Of a DNA stretch of 64,000 nucleotides, positions 63,114 through 64,000 are shown piece after piece. The stretch lies in assembly GCA_046713235.1 (NCBI GenBank), contig JBKKBZ010000116.1:2742-66741 (forward strand), written 5' to 3'. The DNA comes from Actinomycetota bacterium (lineage in GTDB: Bacteria; Actinomycetota; AC-67). A program made the translations under genes and the position numbers. How positions within the stretch are numbered: the first letter of the stretch is position 1; the number at the start of each line of letters is the position of its first letter. The notes beneath the pieces were generated by a model. It saw only the letters and a program-made list of their open reading frames with translations, did no database searches and was not told where the DNA came from.

Positions 63114-63161
63114 GGGAGGCGGGTGACGGCTTCGGGGAAGGAGTCCGTCACCCCGTCTCCC
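63114..63161 (+). promoter_or_regulatory. long imperfect hairpin between ssb and rpsR
   Basis: The core GGGTGACGG (63121-63129) pairs with CCGTCACCC (63145-63153). It is extended by GGGAGG/CTCCC and lies directly upstream of the rpsR RBS GAGGAGG. Confidence 0.3.
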
Positions 63162-63182
63162 GTTTGAGGAGGACGTTGAGAC

Positions 63183-63500
63183 ATGGGACGAGAAGGCAGA
63201 ACGCCGAAGGGGAAGGGCCGCGACCGGGATCGCGATCGCGGCCGTGATGGCGGCCGTGATGGCGGCCGTGAAGGCAAGGGCGGGTTCCGGCGTCATAGGC
63301 CCAAGGTGTGCCAGTTCTGCGCCGAGAAGGCGACGTGGGTGGACTACAAGGACGTGCAGTTGCTCCGCCGCTTCGTGTCGGACCGCGGCAAGATTCGTGC
63401 GCGCCGTGTGACCGGGACTTGCGCACAGCATCAACGCGACGTCGCCACGGCCGTCAAGAACGCTCGCGAGATGGCCCTGATCCCCTACGCAGCGCGATGA
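63183..63500 (+). CDS. rpsR: 30S ribosomal protein S18 with an Arg/Asp/Gly-repeat N-terminal extension
   Basis: ORF 63183..63500. The core [46 protein letters not shown] is preceded by [25 protein letters not shown]. Confidence 0.93.
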   Translation: MGREGRTPKGKGRDRDRDRGRDGGRDGGREGKGGFRRHRPKVCQFCAEKATWVDYKDVQLLRRFVSDRGKIRARRVTGTCAQHQRDVATAVKNAREMALIPYAAR

Positions 63501-63943
63501 AGGTCATCCTGACCCAAGAGGTGCGGGCACTCGGCGTCCCCGGCGACGTCGTCGACGTAGCCGACGGTTACGGCCGCAACTATCTGATCCCACGAGGCTA
63601 TGCGCGCCGTGCGACGCCGGGATCCCTCAAACAGGTCGACGTGATCCGCCGCACCCGCGAGCTGCGTGAGATTCGCGACCGCGACAAGGCGCAAGAGCTC
63701 GCCGACCAGCTCGCGAAGTTGCGCGTGCGTATCGGCGCGAAGGCCGGCGATCAAGGCCGCCTCTTCGGACAGGTGACGCCCAACGCCGTCGCCGAGGCTA
63801 TCACCAAGGCGGGTGGCCCGAAGGTCGACAAACGCCGCCTGAATTTCGAGGGTCCGATCAAGCACCTCGGCGCCCACCCGGTGTCGATCAGGCTGCATCC
63901 CGAGGTGGAGGCCACCTTCCAGATCGAGATCACGAAGGTGTAA
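63497..63943 (+). CDS. rplI: 50S ribosomal protein L9
   Basis: ATG 63497 of ORF 63308..63943 overlaps the rpsR stop (ATGA). Product begins [36 protein letters not shown]. Confidence 0.95.
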   Translation: MKVILTQEVRALGVPGDVVDVADGYGRNYLIPRGYARRATPGSLKQVDVIRRTRELREIRDRDKAQELADQLAKLRVRIGAKAGDQGRLFGQVTPNAVAEAITKAGGPKVDKRRLNFEGPIKHLGAHPVSIRLHPEVEATFQIEITKV

Positions 63944-64000
63944 CTGCTTCTGGGCGGCGGTTTGTGGCTGCCGCGTGACGGTTTGGTCCGGGCCATGTTC

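Overview
High-GC (about two-thirds G+C) actinobacterial-type chromosome segment centred on the replication origin. I call about 70 CDS and one tRNA (Ile-GAT). I saw no rRNA, CRISPR array, transposase or integrase. Order left to right: glnA with an overlapping GlnR-like orphan regulator, several membrane/transport genes, tRNA-Ile, DUF3566, rtcB, archease, gyrA, gyrB, DUF721/DciA, recF, dnaN, a compact AT-rich candidate oriC, and dnaA, all on the minus strand. Diverging from dnaA on the plus strand are rpmH-rnpA-yidD-yidC-jag-rsmG-parA-parB, with a parS-like site at the jag/rsmG junction. Next comes the conserved actinobacterial envelope/redox block: cwlM, trxA, trxB, ZAS anti-sigma, ECF sigma, alr, FemAB-like, a standalone pseudokinase, murJ and an Rv3909-like protein. 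It is followed by pilT, cca, Ni-SOD sodN/sodX, ino1-padR-DUF5318-ponA and two GT-C proteins, hemQ, an aldehyde dehydrogenase region, two cupredoxins and rpsF-ssb-rpsR-rplI. From memory of M. tuberculosis H37Rv gene order, the backbone matches Rv3907c-Rv3924c, Rv0001-Rv0007 and Rv0046c-Rv0058 compressed into 64 kb, interrupted by small insertions. The most unusual observations are listed here. (1) Five tandem 13-bp units, each built around the palindrome CGATATATCG, lie in the padR/DUF5318 divergent intergenic region. (2) A nearly gapless nine-gene minus-strand array links murJ, a catalytically dead kinase with a discoidin-like ectodomain (fused to MurJ in mycobacteria, split here), a FemAB-type transferase, alr, an ECF sigma/ZAS anti-sigma pair and trxB. 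(3) An archease-RtcB RNA-ligase pair sits with 4-14 nt spacers inside the gyrBA-DUF3566 unit. (4) A decayed tRNA 3'-half relic lies beside a hicAB module inserted between cwlM and trxA. (5) A CdsA-like membrane protein appears to have lost its catalytic signature. All family assignments come from reading motifs by eye; no database search was run.
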